64,000 bases of DNA from Eledone cirrhosa (Eukaryota): assembly GCA_964016885.1 (NCBI GenBank), contig OZ024740.1, positions 404,550,001 through 404,614,000 on the forward strand, given 5' to 3'. The position numbers and the translations under genes were made by a program. Within the stretch, counting starts at the first letter, position 1. Every line of letters begins with the position of its first letter. The notes under the pieces were generated by a model. That model was not told the DNA's origin. It saw only the letters and a program-made list of their open reading frames with translations, and ran no database searches. This document shows, piece after piece, positions 24,427 through 39,400 of this stretch.

Positions 24427-24961
24427 TACTCTGGCTAATTTGCATAGTAAAAAAAACAGTTGTAGCTGTTAACTATAAGTTATCTTAATTTTTAAATTTG
24501 TAACTTGCTCAATGCTTCTAAAAATAGATTGTTTACCTACTATGATTTCCAACTTAAACAGAAAGCCACAAATTTATTTTTGTGGATAGGACAATTGATT
24601 ATACTGATTTCAGTACTTCAATCCTACACTAGTTTTATTGACCCAGGAAGGACAATGGTAGGATTTGAAACAAAGGGGTGTAAGTACTACCCCAAAGTGC
24701 TTTGATACTCTACCAATTCTATTCTACCTATTGCATTTCATACAAAATATGACTACAACAGATTTCTTTATTTAAAAATCACGATATCAATTCCTGTATG
24801 AACAAGACATGGTCACCCGACTTGTCATTGCTCACAACTGGACAACCCGTCTAACCCATGCTTGCGTGGAAGAATGGGCGTAAAACGGTGATGATGATAT
24901 CCTCATGCAGCTGTAAATATGAAAGCAGTTAAAAATATAAAGCAAATTTATAAAATGTATT

Positions 24962-25572
24962 TTTATTCCATTTCTTTTTTCTTCTTCAAAAATAATCTCA
25001 GTGAACACAAAACTAAAAACAGTTAATTCTCATTCATACAAAATGTCAACTCCTTTCAAACAAAATAAAGGGAATATTTGGTATTTGAAGAATTTTTTCT
25101 TTTTTGTTGTGTAAAGGTATTTTAAATAATTTTTTTTTTTTCTATTTTATTGTAAAAAAAAAAAAAAAAATTAACTGAATGTCACCAATTTGTTCATATG
25201 GAACTCCATGCTAAACGATGGATGAACAGTCACCAGAAGATATTTCGGTAAAAATATACCCCATAGTAATCCTGAATGTTAATGCCATTACAAATCTCAA
25301 AAGTTCAACTTTTGTCAAAGGTCTTATAAGAAAGCTTGATTATAGAGATTTAAGAAAGAAAAAGTTTGCTTCTGAAAATATAATGGTCCTAGAAAGTACA
25401 ACAGGCAAGAGATTTTGTTTTAGTAAATTTCCTTTCACAAATGGGCTGCGAAACTGAAGAAGGCATTCACAAAATGTCTCTCAAGTTACATTGAATTTTG
25501 TTTTTAAATGGCAGCAACTATAGGGTCAGGTACAGTTCTTTATGCAAGTACAACTTAAAATTCATCATGTTT
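24962..25572 (-). other. Putative non-coding terminal (3'UTR) exon of the convergent gene
   Basis: Acceptor tttccttttacttttcag| at 25573; all frames close quickly; AATAAA at 25146-25151 and 24962-24967 on the - strand. Confidence 0.4.
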
Positions 25573-25612
25573 CTGAAAAGTAAAAGGAAAAAAAATATTG
25601 AGAGATTAAAAG

Positions 25613-25742
25613 AAACAATGTGAAGAATTGTAGTCGTTTTCTTTAGATTATTAAAACAATGTGAAGAATTGTAGTCGTTTTCTTTAGATTATTAAAACAA
25701 TGTGAAGAATTATAGACATTTTCCTTAGATTATTAAAACAAT
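25613..25742 (+). repeat. 41-bp tandem repeat, 3 copies
   Basis: aaacaatgtgaagaattgtagtcgttttctttagattatta at 25613, 25654 and 25695. Confidence 0.92.
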
Positions 25743-26174
25743 TCAAATATAAATATGTATACATGAACTTATAACTCCTGATGGAGTTGTAGTGATATAC
25801 AGCATGTCTTGAGCACTTTTTAAACTTAACAGAGCCCTTCTCCTAACCAGGTCCGAATACAGCTGATTTCTTCAAGAAAGTTAGAAAGAAATCTAGAGGT
25901 ACTGGACTTGTACTTCTTTTATCAACCCCTGAAAGATGAAAGGCAAAGCAGAACGAATACTCCAAATCATTCTATCTGACATTCTAATGACTCAGCTAAT
26001 TCCCCCAAATATTAATACTGTTATTCCAATATTCACAAATACTTTTACCCAAACAATAGTTTTGAAAAGCACCTCATTACCAAATATTGTTGAGTTGAAG
26101 TAAATTCAATGTGAGCCTCTAATCAGCTTTCTAAGAAAAGCATGAACATCAACTCCAACTTTACCTTTAAGCAT

Positions 26175-26239
26175 CTAACTTAATTGAAGAAATTGTTCAA
26201 ATGTAATCTTTCTTAAGGTTCTATCAGATGTATAGCAAC
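26175..26239 (-). CDS. Putative last coding exon of an unidentified gene (GCYTSDRTLRKITFEQFLQLS*)
   Basis: tttag|GT acceptor, longest open frame in phase 1, TAG stop, then AAG|gtaaag donor at 26164. Confidence 0.5.
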
Positions 26240-26329
26240 CTAAATTTGGAAATAAGTCTAGTTTCTATCTCAAATGAAAAAAAACATTTTCCAAAAAGCA
26301 GAATCAAGTCACCAGAGTTGTAATTTTGT

Positions 26330-26558
26330 TTAACCCTTTAGCATTTGCATTACTTTATATTTACTATTGTATTTTCACGGTAAAGGCTTTATCTTACATA
26401 ATTATCTCAAGTAATATCAAATCTACGAGATTTTGATGTCATTTATTTTGAGAACAATAGCTTAATGTAGATATGAGTGGCCAGTTACAGCCGATTTGAA
26501 CAGAAAAAGGTGAGAGAGTTTTGGCCTGATATGGTCGGTTTAAATGCTAAAGGGTTAA
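26330..26558. mobile_element. piggyBac-like MITE
   Basis: TTAA-CCCTTTAGCATTT...AAATGCTAAAGGG-TTAA; homologous to 6128-6340. Confidence 0.85.
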
Positions 26559-26838
26559 GCTGCTGATACAAAAGTACCAATTGCAATTAAAAATAAAATA
26601 AGCTAAGGGAAATACTTCAAACAAACCAATGGCATGAATTAGGATATTTAAGATAGTAAACCATTTTACCTTGTTTTCCATTTTTGTATGAGTTGTTATG
26701 ATCTAAGACAGACAGGTCAGAGAACGACATCTTACTCATATGTTCCATTTTGGCACAATTTCCATGGCTGGATGTCTAATGCCAACCACTTTACAGAGTC
26801 AGGTGCTAGATGCATTTTATTGTAGCATCAACACTACT

Positions 26839-26962
26839 GTGGAGGTGCGTGGCCTAGTGGTAAGAGTGTTGGACTTATGATCATAATGTTGTGGGTTCAA
26901 ATCCTAGGCTGGATTGCTTGTTGTATTCTTGAGCAAAACACTTCATTTCACATTGCTCCAGT
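26839..26962 (+). mobile_element. tRNA-derived SINE head with a CORE-like domain
   Basis: A box TGGCCTAGTGG, B box GGTTCAAATCC, then ttcttgagcaaaacactt. Confidence 0.75.
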
Positions 26963-27136
26963 ATACTGCAGCATACAATTTGCTGAGTGTCCAGCTCTTT
27001 CACAGTAAACCCTTCCTTCCTTACAGACAACTACAGCATATAAATTGTGCCTTTTCCCACAAAAATATGATGTGGAAAACCAGAGTCCAGCTTAATCTAC
27101 TGGACATGTAAAATTCTAATTCAAAACATATGGTAC

Positions 27137-27287
27137 CTTGTAAAATGGAGATACAACTTCTACATGAATATATACGGCATATTTTTAAAGAATCCTCAAT
27201 ACTTACTTTCAATTTTTTCTTTTGTAATTTACTGTTTACAATATCAATAATTTCTTCTGCCTCTTGACTGTCAATATCATAACCATT
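27137..27287 (-). CDS. Putative internal exon of an unidentified gene (NGYDIDSQEAEEIIDIVNSKLQKKKLKVSIEDSLKICRIYSCRSCISILQ)
   Basis: tttttgtttgcag| acceptor, single open frame, CAAG|gtacca phase-1 donor matching the 26239 exon; alternative |gtaagt donor at 27206. Confidence 0.55.
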
Positions 27288-27458
27288 CTGCAAACAAAAA
27301 TATTTTAGAAATATAAATAAGAAAAAATTCCTAGATTTTATGTTCTACATTCTGATTTTCTCATATAACTATAATGTCTGCCCTGTCTTTGTTTTGATCT
27401 GCTTTATAAGCTGAGAGAGGAATTGGCACAAATGGTAGAAAACCAGGACTGATGCTTG

Positions 27459-30400
27459 CATCACACTCTCAAAACTACTACATTACATCTAGTTTCATCA
27501 TCATCATCACACTCTCAAAACTACTACATTACATCTAGTTTCATCATCATCATCACACTCTCAAAACCACTACATTACATCTAGTTTCATCATCATCATC
27601 ACACTCTCAAAACTACTACATTACATCTAGTTTCATCATCATCATCACACTCTCAAAATTACTACATTACATCTAGTTTCATCATCACACTCTCAAAACT
27701 ACTACATTACATCTAGTTTCATCATCATCATCATCACACTCTCAAAACTACATTACATCTAGTATCATCATCATCAACGTTTAACGTCCGTGTTCCACGC
27801 TTGCATGGGTTTGGACGGGGGTTTTCCCACTTGAGGCAGGAGTGATTATGTTGCTCGCATAGGACTATCTGGCGGGTTTTCTACAGCTGGATGCCCTTCC
27901 TAAACATCACACTATCAAAACTACTACATTACATCTAGTTTCATCATCATCATCATCACACTCTCAAAACCAATACATTACATCAAGTTTCATCATCATC
28001 ATCACACTCTCAAAACCAATACATTACATCAAGTTTCATCATCATCATCACACTCTCAAAACCACTACATTACATCTAGTTTCATCATCATCATCACACT
28101 CTCAAAACTACTACATTACATCTAGTTTCATCATCATCATCACACTCTCAAAACTACTACATTACATCTAGTTTCATCATCATCATCACACTCTCAAAAC
28201 CACTACATTACATCTAGTTTCATCATCATCACACTATCAAAACTACTACATTACACCTAGTTTCATCATCATCATCATCACACTATCAACACTACTACAT
28301 TACATCTAGTTTCATCATCATCATCACACTATCAAAACTACTACATTACATCTCGTTTCATCATGATCACACTATCAAAACTACTACATTACATCTAGTT
28401 TCATCATCATCATCATTACACTATCAAAACTACTACATTACATCTAGTTTCATCATCATCACACTATCAAAACTACTACATTACATCTAGTTTCATCATC
28501 ATCATCACATTCTCAAAACTACTACATTACATCTAGTTTCATCATCATCATCACACTCTCAAAACTACTACATTACATCTAGTTTCATCATCATCATCAC
28601 ACTCTCAAAACTACTACATTAAATCTAGTTTCATCATCATCATCACACTCTTAAAACTACTACATTACATCTAGTTTCATCATCATCATCACTGTCAAAA
28701 CTACTACATTACATCTAGTTTCATCATCATCATCACTGTCAAAACTACTACATTACATCTAGTTTCATCATCACCATCACACTCTCAAAACTACTACATT
28801 ACATCGAGTTTCATCATCATCATCACACTCTCAAAACTACTACATTACATCTAGTTTCATCATCATCATCACACTCTCAAAACTACTCCATTACATCTAG
28901 TTTCATCATCATCATCACACTTTCAAAACTACTACATTACATCTCGTTTAATCATCATCATCACACTCTCAAAACTACTACATTACATCTAGTTTCATCA
29001 TCATCATCACACTCTCAAAACTACTACATTACATCTAGTTTCATCATCATCATCACACTCTCAAAACTACATTACATCTAGTTTCATCATCACCATCACA
29101 CTCTCAAAACTACTACATTACATCTAGTTTCATCATCATCATCACACTCTCAAAACTACTCCATTACATCTAGTTTCATCATCATCATCACACTTTCAAA
29201 ACTACTACATTACATCTAGTTTCATCATCATCATCACACTCTCAAAACTACTCCATTACATCTAGTTTCATCATCATCATCACACTCTCAAAACTACTCC
29301 ATTACATCTAGTTTCATCATCATCATCACACTTTCAAAACTACTACATTACATCTCGTTTAATCATCATCATCACACTCTCAAAACTACTACATTACATC
29401 TAGTTTCATCATCATCATCACACTCTCAAAACTACTACATTACATCTAGTTTCATCATCATCATCACACTCTCAAAACTACATTACATCTAGTTTCATCA
29501 TCACCATCACACTCTCAAAACTACTACATTACATCTAGTTTCATCATCATCATCACACTTTCAAAACTACTACATTACATCTAGTTTCATCATCATCATC
29601 ACACTCTCAAAACTACTGCATTACATCTAGTTTCATCATCATCATCACACTCTCAAAACTACTCCATTACATCTAGTTTCATCATCATCATCACACTTTC
29701 AAAACTACTACACTACATCTAGTTTCATCATGATCATCACACTCTCAAAACTACTCCATTACATCTAGTTTCATCATCATCATCATCATCATCACACTCT
29801 CAAAACCACTACATTACATCTAGTTTCATCATCATCTTCACACTCTCAAAACTACTACACTACATCTAGTTTCATCATCATCATCACACTCTCAAAACTA
29901 CATTACATCTAGTTTCATCATCACCATCACACTCTCAAAACTACTACATTACATCTAGTTTCATCATCATCATCACAATCTCAAAACTACTCCATTACAT
30001 CTAGTTTCATCATCATCATCACACTTTCAAAACTACTACATTACATCTAGTTTCATCATCATCATCATCACACTTTCAAAACTACTACATTACATCTAGT
30101 TTCATCATCACACTCTCAAAACTACTACATTACATCTAGTTTCATCATCATCATCACACTATCAAAACTACTACATTACATCTAGTTTCATCATCATCAT
30201 CACACTCTCAAAACTACTACATTACATCTAGTTTCATCATCACACTCTCAAAACTACTACATTACATTTAGTTTCATCATCATCATCACACTCTCAAAAC
30301 TACTACATTACATCTAGTTTCATCATCATCATCACACTCTCAAAACTACATTACATCTAGTTTCATCATCATCATCACACTATCAAAACTACTACATTAC

Positions 30401-33400
30401 ATCTAGTTTCATCATCATCATCACACTTTCAAAACTACTACATTACATCTAGTTTCATCTTCATCATCACACTCTCAAAACTACTACATTACATCTAGTT
30501 TCATCATCATCATCACACTCTCAAAACTACTACATTACATCTAGTTTCATCATCATCATCACACTATCAAAACTACTACATTACATCTAGTTTCATCATC
30601 ATCATCACACTCTCAAAACTACTACATTACATCTAGTTTCATCATCACACTCTCAAAACTACTACATTACATCTAGTTTCATCATCATCATCACACTCTC
30701 AAAACTACTACATTACATCTAGTTTCATCATCATCATCACACTCTCAAAACTACATTACATCTAGTTTCATCATCATCATCACACTATCAAAACTACTAC
30801 ATTACATCTAGTTTCATCATCATCATCACACTTTCAAAACTACATTACATCTAGTTTCATCATCATCATCACACTATCAAAACTACTACATTACATCTAG
30901 TTTCATCATCATCATCACACTTTCAAAACTACTACATTACATCTAGTTTCATCATCATCATCACACTATCAAAACTACTACATTACATCTAGTTTCATCA
31001 TCATCATCATCACACTCTCAAAACTACTACATTACATCTAGTTTCATCATCATCATCACACTATCAAAACTACTACATTACATCTAGTTTTATCATCACA
31101 CTATCAAAACTACTACATTACATCTAGTTTCATCATCATCATCATCACACTCTCAAAACTACTACATTACATCTAGTTTCATCATCATCATCACACTCTC
31201 GAAACTATTACATTACATCTAGTTTCATCATCATCATCATCACACTATCAAAACTACTACATTACATCTAGTTTCATCATCATCATCACACTATCAAAAC
31301 CACTACATTACATCTAGTTTCATCATCATCACACTATCAAAACTACTACATTACATCTAGTTTCATCATCATCACACTCTCAAAACTACTACATTACATC
31401 TAGTTTCATCATCATCATCACACTCTCAAATCTACATTACATCTAGTTTCATCATCATCATCATCACACTGTCAAAACTACTACATTACATCTAGTTTCA
31501 TCATCATCATCACACTCTCCATACTACTACATAACATCTAGTTTCATCATCATCGTCACACTCTCAAAACTACTACGTTACATCTCGTTTAATCATCATC
31601 ATCACACTCTCAAAACTACTACATTACATCTAGTTTCATCATCATCATCACACTCTCAAAACTACTACATTACATCTAGTTTCATCATCATCATCACACT
31701 CTCAAAACTACTCCATTACATCTAGTTTCATCATCATCATCACACTTTCAAAACTACTACACTACATCTAGTTTCATCATCATCATCATCACACTTTCAA
31801 AACTACTCCATTACATCTAGTTTCATCATCATCATCACACTATCAAAACTACTACATTACATCTAGTTTCATCATCATCATCACACTCTCAAAACTACTA
31901 CACAACATCTAGTTTCATCGTCATCATCACAATCTCAAAACTACTCCATTACATCTAGTTTCATCATCATCATCATCATCATCACACTCTCAAAACCACT
32001 ACATTACATCTAGTTTAATCATCATCATCACACTCTCAAAACTACTACACAACATCTAGTTTCATCGTCATCATCACAATCTCAAAACTACTCCATTACA
32101 TCTAGTTTCATCATCATCATCATCATCATCACACTCTCAAAACCACTACATTACATCTCGTTTAATCATCATCATCACACTCTCAAAACTACTACACAAC
32201 ATCTAGTTTCATCGTCATCATCACAATCTCAAAACTACTCCATTACATCTAGTTTCATCATCATCATCATCATCATCACACTCTCAAAACCACTACATTA
32301 CATCTAGTTTAATCATCATCATCACACTCTCAAAACTACTACACAACATCTAGTTTCATCATCACACTCTCAAAACTACTACATTACATCTAGTTTCATC
32401 ATCATCATCACACTATCAAAACTACTACATTACATCTAGTTTCATCATCATCATCACACTCTCAAAACTACTACATTACATTTAGTTTCATCATCATCAT
32501 CACACTCTCAAAACTACATTACATCTAGTTTAATCATCATCATCACACTATCAAAACTACTACATTACATCTAGTTTCATCATCATCATCACACTCTCAA
32601 AACTACTACATTACATCTAGTTTCATCGTCATCATCACAATCTCAAAACTACTCCATTACATCTAGTTTCATCATCATCATCACACTCTCAAAACTACTA
32701 CATTACATCTAGTTTCATCGTCATCATCACAATCTCAAAACTACTCCATTACATCTAGTTTCATCATCATCATCACACTTTCAAAACTACTACATTACAT
32801 CTAGTTTCATCATCATCATCATCACACTTTCAAAACTACTACATTACATCTAGTTTCATCATCACACTCTCAAAACTACTACATTACATCTAGTTTCATC
32901 ATCATCATCACACTATCAAAACTACTACATTACATCTAGTTTCATCATCATCATCACACTCTCAAAACTACTACATTACATCTAGTTTCATCATCATCAT
33001 CATCACACTATCAAAACTACTACATTACATCTAGTTTCATCATCACACTCTCAAAACTACTACATTACATCTAGTTTCATCATCATCATCACACTATCAA
33101 AACTACTACATTACATCTAGTTTCATCATCATCATCACACTCTCAAAACTACTACATTACATCTAGTTTCATCATCATCATCATCACACTATCAAAACTA
33201 CTACATTACATCTAGTTTCATCATCACACTCTCAAAACTACTACATTACATCTAGTTTCATCATCATCATCACACTATCAAAACTACTACATTACATCTA
33301 GTTTCATCATCATCATCACACTCTCAAAACTACTACATTACATCTAGTTTCATCATCACACTCTCAAAACTACTACATTACATTTAGTTTCATCATCATC

Positions 33401-36400
33401 ATCACACTCTCAAAACTACTACATTACATCTAGTTTCATCATCATCATCACACTCTCAAAACTACATTACATCTAGTTTCATCATCATCATCACACTATC
33501 AAAACTACTACATTACATCTAGTTTCATCTTCATCATCACACTCTCAAAACTACTACATTACATCTAGTTTCATCATCACACTCTCAAAACTACTACATT
33601 ACATCTAGTTTCATCATCATCATCACACTCTCAAAACTACTACATTACATCTAGTTTCATCATCATCATCACACTATCAAAACTACTACATTACATCTAG
33701 TTTCATCATCATCATCACACTCTCAAAACTACTACATTACATCTAGTTTCATCATCACACTCTCAAAACTACTACATTACATCTAGTTTCATCATCATCA
33801 TCACACTCTCAAAACTACTACATTACATCTAGTTTCATCATCATCATCACACTCTCAAAACTACATTACATCTAGTTTCATCATCATCATCACACTATCA
33901 AAACTACTACATTACATCTAGTTTCATCATCATCATCACACTTTCAAAACTACATTACATCTAGTTTCATCATCATCATCACACTATCAAAACTACTACA
34001 TTACATCTAGTTTCATCATCATCATCACACTTTCAAAACTACTACATTACATCTAGTTTCATCATCATCATCACACTATCAAAACTACTACATTACATCT
34101 AGTTTCATCATCATCATCATCACACTCTCAAAACTACTACATTACATCTAGTTTCATCATCATCATCACACTATCAAAACTACTACATTACATCTAGTTT
34201 TATCATCACACTATCAAAACTACTACATTACATCTAGTTTCATCATCATCATCATCACACTCTCAAAACTACTACATTACATCTAGTTTCATCATCATCA
34301 TCACACTCTCGAAACTATTACATTACATCTAGTTTCATCATCATCATCATCACACTATCAAAACTACTACATTACATCTAGTTTCATCATCATCATCACA
34401 CTATCAAAACCACTACATTACATCTAGTTTCATCATCATCACACTATCAAAACTACTACATTACATCTAGTTTCATCATCATCACACTCTCAAAACTACT
34501 ACATTACATCTAGTTTCATCATCATCATCACACTCTCAAATCTACATTACATCTAGTTTCATCATCATCATCATCACACTGTCAAAACTACTACATTACA
34601 TCTAGTTTCATCATCATCATCACACTCTCCATACTACTACATAACATCTAGTTTCATCATCATCGTCACACTCTCAAAACTACTACGTTACATCTCGTTT
34701 AATCATCATCATCACACTCTCAAAACTACTACATTACATCTAGTTTCATCATCATCATCACTCTCAAAACTACTACATTACATCTAGTTTCATCATCATC
34801 ATCACACTCTCAAAACTACTCCATTACATCTAGTTTCATCATCATCATCACACTTTCAAAACTACTACACTACATCTAGTTTCATCATCATCATCATCAC
34901 ACTTTCAAAACTACTCCATTACATCTAGTTTCATCATCATCATCATCATCATCACACTCTCAAAACCACTACATTACATCTAGTTTAATCATCATCATCA
35001 CACTCTCAAAACTACTACACAACATCTAGTTTCATCGTCATCATCACAATCTCAAAACTACTCCATTACATCTAGTTTCATCATCATCATCATCATCATC
35101 ACACTCTCAAAACCACTACATTACATCTCGTTTAATCATCATCATCACACTCTCAAAACTACTACACAACATCTAGTTTCATCGTCATCATCACAATCTC
35201 AAAACTACTCCATTACATCTAGTTTCATCATCATCATCATCATCATCACACTCTCAAAACCACTACATTACATCTAGTTTAATCATCATCATCACACTCT
35301 CAAAACTACTACACAACATCTAGTTTCATCATCACACTCTCAAAACTACTACATTACATCTAGTTTCATCATCATCATCACACTATCAAAACTACTACAT
35401 TACATCTAGTTTCATCATCATCATCACACTCTCAAAACTACTACATTACATTTAGTTTCATCATCATCATCACACTCTCAAAACTACATTACATCTAGTT
35501 TAATCATCATCATCACACTATCAAAACTACTACATTACATCTAGTTTCATCGTCATCATCACAATCTCAAAACTACTCCATTACATCTAGTTTCATCATC
35601 ATCATCACACTTTCAAAACTACTACATTACATCTAGTTTCATCATCATCATCATCACACTTTCAAAACTACTACATTACATCTAGTTTCATCATCACACT
35701 CTCAAAACTACTACATTACATCTAGTTTCATCATCATCATCACACTATCAAAACTACTACATTACATCTAGTTTCATCATCATCATCACACTCTCAAAAC
35801 TACTACATTACATCTAGTTTCATCATCACACTCTCAAAACTACTACATTACATTTAGTTTCATCATCATCATCACACTCTCAAAACTACTACATTACATC
35901 TAGTTTCATCATCATCATCACACTCTCAAAACTACATTACATCTAGTTTCATCATCATCATCACACTATCAAAACTACTACATTACATCTAGTTTCATCA
36001 TCATCATCACACTTTCAAAACTACTACATTACATCTAGTTTCATCATCATCATCACACTCTCAAAACTACTACATTACATCTAGTTTCATCATCACACTC
36101 TCAAAACTACTACATTACATCTAGTTTCATCATCACACTCTCAAAACTACTACATTACATCTAGTTTCATCATCATCATCACACTCTCAAAACTACTACA
36201 TTACATCTAGTTTCATCATCATCATCACACTATCAAAACTACTACATTACATCTAGTTTCATCATCATCATCACACTCTCAAAACTACTACATTACATCT
36301 AGTTTCATCATCACACTCTCAAAACTACTACATTACATCTAGTTTCATCATCATCATCACACTCTCAAAACTACATTACATCTAGTTTCATCATCATCAT

Positions 36401-39400
36401 CACACTATCAAAACTACTCCATTACATCTAGTTTCATCATCATCATCACACTTTCAAAACTACTACACTACATCTAGTTTCATCATCATCATCATCACAC
36501 TTTCAAAACTACTCCATTACATCTAGTTTCATCATCATCATCATCATCATCACACTCTCAAAACCACTACATTACATCTAGTTTAATCATCATCATCACA
36601 CTCTCAAAACTACTACATTACATCTAGTTTCATCATCATCATCACACTCTCAAAACTACTACATTACATCTAGTTTCATCATCATCATCACACTATCAAA
36701 ACTACTACATTACATCTAGTTTCATCATCTTCATCACACTCTCAAAACTACTACATTACATCTAGTTTCATCATCACACTCTCAAAACTACTACATTACA
36801 TCTAGTTTCATCATCATCATCACACTCTCAAAACTACATTACATCTAGTTTCATCATCATCATCACACTATCAAAACTACTCCATTACATCTAGTTTCAT
36901 CATCATCATCACACTTTCAAAACTACTACACTACATCTAGTTTCATCATCATCATCATCACACTCTCAAAACTACTACATTACATCTAGTTTCATCATCA
37001 TCATCACACTTTCAAAACTACTACATTACATCTAGTTTCATCATCATCATCACACTATCAAAACTACTACATTACATCTAGTTTCATCATCATCATCACA
37101 CTTTCAAAACTACATTACATCTAGTTTCATCATCATCATCACACTATCAAAACTACTACATTACATCTAGTTTCATCATCATCATCACACTATCAAAACT
37201 ACTACATTACATCTAGTTTCATCATCATCATCATCACACTCTCAAAACTACTACATTACATCTAGTTTCATCATCATCATCACACTCTCGAAACTATTAC
37301 ATTACATCTAGTTTCATCATCATCATCATCACACTATCAAAACTACTACATTACATCTAGTTTCATCATCATCATCACACTATCAAAACCACTACATTAC
37401 ATCTAGTTTCATCATCATCACACTCTCAAAACTACTACATTACATCTAGTTTCATCATCATCACACTATCAAAACTACTACATTACATCTAGTTTCATCA
37501 TCATCACACTATCAAAACTACTACATTACATCTAGTTTCATCATCATCATCACACTATCAAAACCACTACATTACATCTAGTTTCATCATCATCACACTC
37601 TCAAAACTACTACATTACATCTAGTTTCATCATCATCATCACACTCTCAAAACTACTACATTACATCTAGTTTCATCATCATCACACTATCAAAACTACT
37701 ACATTACATCTAGTTTCATCATCATCACACTATCAAAACTACTACATTACATCTAGTTTCATCATCATCATCACACTATCAAAACCACTACATTACATCT
37801 AGTTTCATCATCATCACACTCTCAAAACTACTACATTACATCTAGTTTCATCATCATCATCACACTCTCAAAACTACTACATTACATCTAGTTTCATCAT
37901 CATCACACTATCAAAACTACTACATTACATCTAGTTTCATCATCATCATCACACTCTCAAATCTACATTACATCTAGTTTCATCATCATCATCATCACAC
38001 TCTCAAAACTACTACATTACATCTAGTTTCATCATCATCATCACACTCTCAAAACTACTACATTACATCTAGTTTCATCATCATCATCACACTCTCAAAA
38101 CTACTACATTACATCTAGTTTCATCATCATCATCACACTCTCAAAACTACTACATTACATCTAGTTTCATCATCATCATCACACTTTCAAAACTACTACA
38201 CTACATCTAGTTTCATCATCATCATCATCACACTTTCAAAACTACTCCATTACATCTAGTTTCATCATCATCATCATCATCATCACACTCTCAAAACCAC
38301 TACATTACATCTAGTTTAATCATCATCATCACACTCTCAAAACTACTACACAACATCTAGTTTCATCATCACACTCTCAAAACTACTACATTACATCTAG
38401 TTTCATCATCATCATCACACTCTCAAAACTACTACACAACATCTAGTTTCATCGTCATCATCACAATCTCAAAACTACTCCATTACATCTAGTTTCATCA
38501 TCATCATCATCATCATCACACTCTCAAAACCACTACATTACATCTAGTTTAATCATCATCATCACACTCTCAAAACTACTACACAACATCTAGTTTCATC
38601 ATCACACTCTCAAAGCTACTACATTACATCTAGTTTCATCATCATCATCACACTCTCAAAACTACTACATTACATCTAGTTTCATCATCATCATCACACT
38701 ATCAAAACTACTACATTACATCTAGTTTCATCATTACACTATCAAAACTACTACATTACATCTAGTTTCATCATCATCATCACACTCTCAAAACTACTAC
38801 ATTACATCTAGTTTCATCATCATCATCACACTCTCAAAACTACTACATTACATCTAGTTTCATCATCATCATCACACTATCAAAACTACTACATTACATC
38901 TAGTTTCATCATCATCATCACACTCTCAAAACTACTACATTACATCTAGTTTCATCATCATCATCACACTATCAAAACTACTACATTACATCTAGTTTCA
39001 TCATCATCATCATCACACTCTCAAAACTACTACATTACATCTAGTTTCATCAACATCATCACACTCTCGAAACTATTACATTACATCTAGTTTCATCATC
39101 ATCATCACACTATCAAAACTACTACATTACATCTAGTTTCATCATCATCATCACACTATCAAGACTACTACATTACATCTAGTTTCATCATCATCATCAT
39201 TACACTATCAAAACTACTACATTACATCTAGTTTCATCATCATCATCACACTATCAAAACTACTACATTACACCTAGTTTCATCATCATCATCATCACAC
39301 TATCAAATCTACTACATTACATCTAGTTTCATCATCATCATCACACTCTCAAAACTACTACATTACATCTAGTTTCATCATCATCATCATCACACTCTCA

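Noticed and set aside
25218-25457. 79-aa + strand ORF
   Set aside because: No recognisable motif or splice context; it overlaps the putative - strand 3'UTR.
26839-26912. tRNA gene
   Set aside because: A and B boxes are present, but the cloverleaf pairing is poor and the sequence runs into a SINE core.
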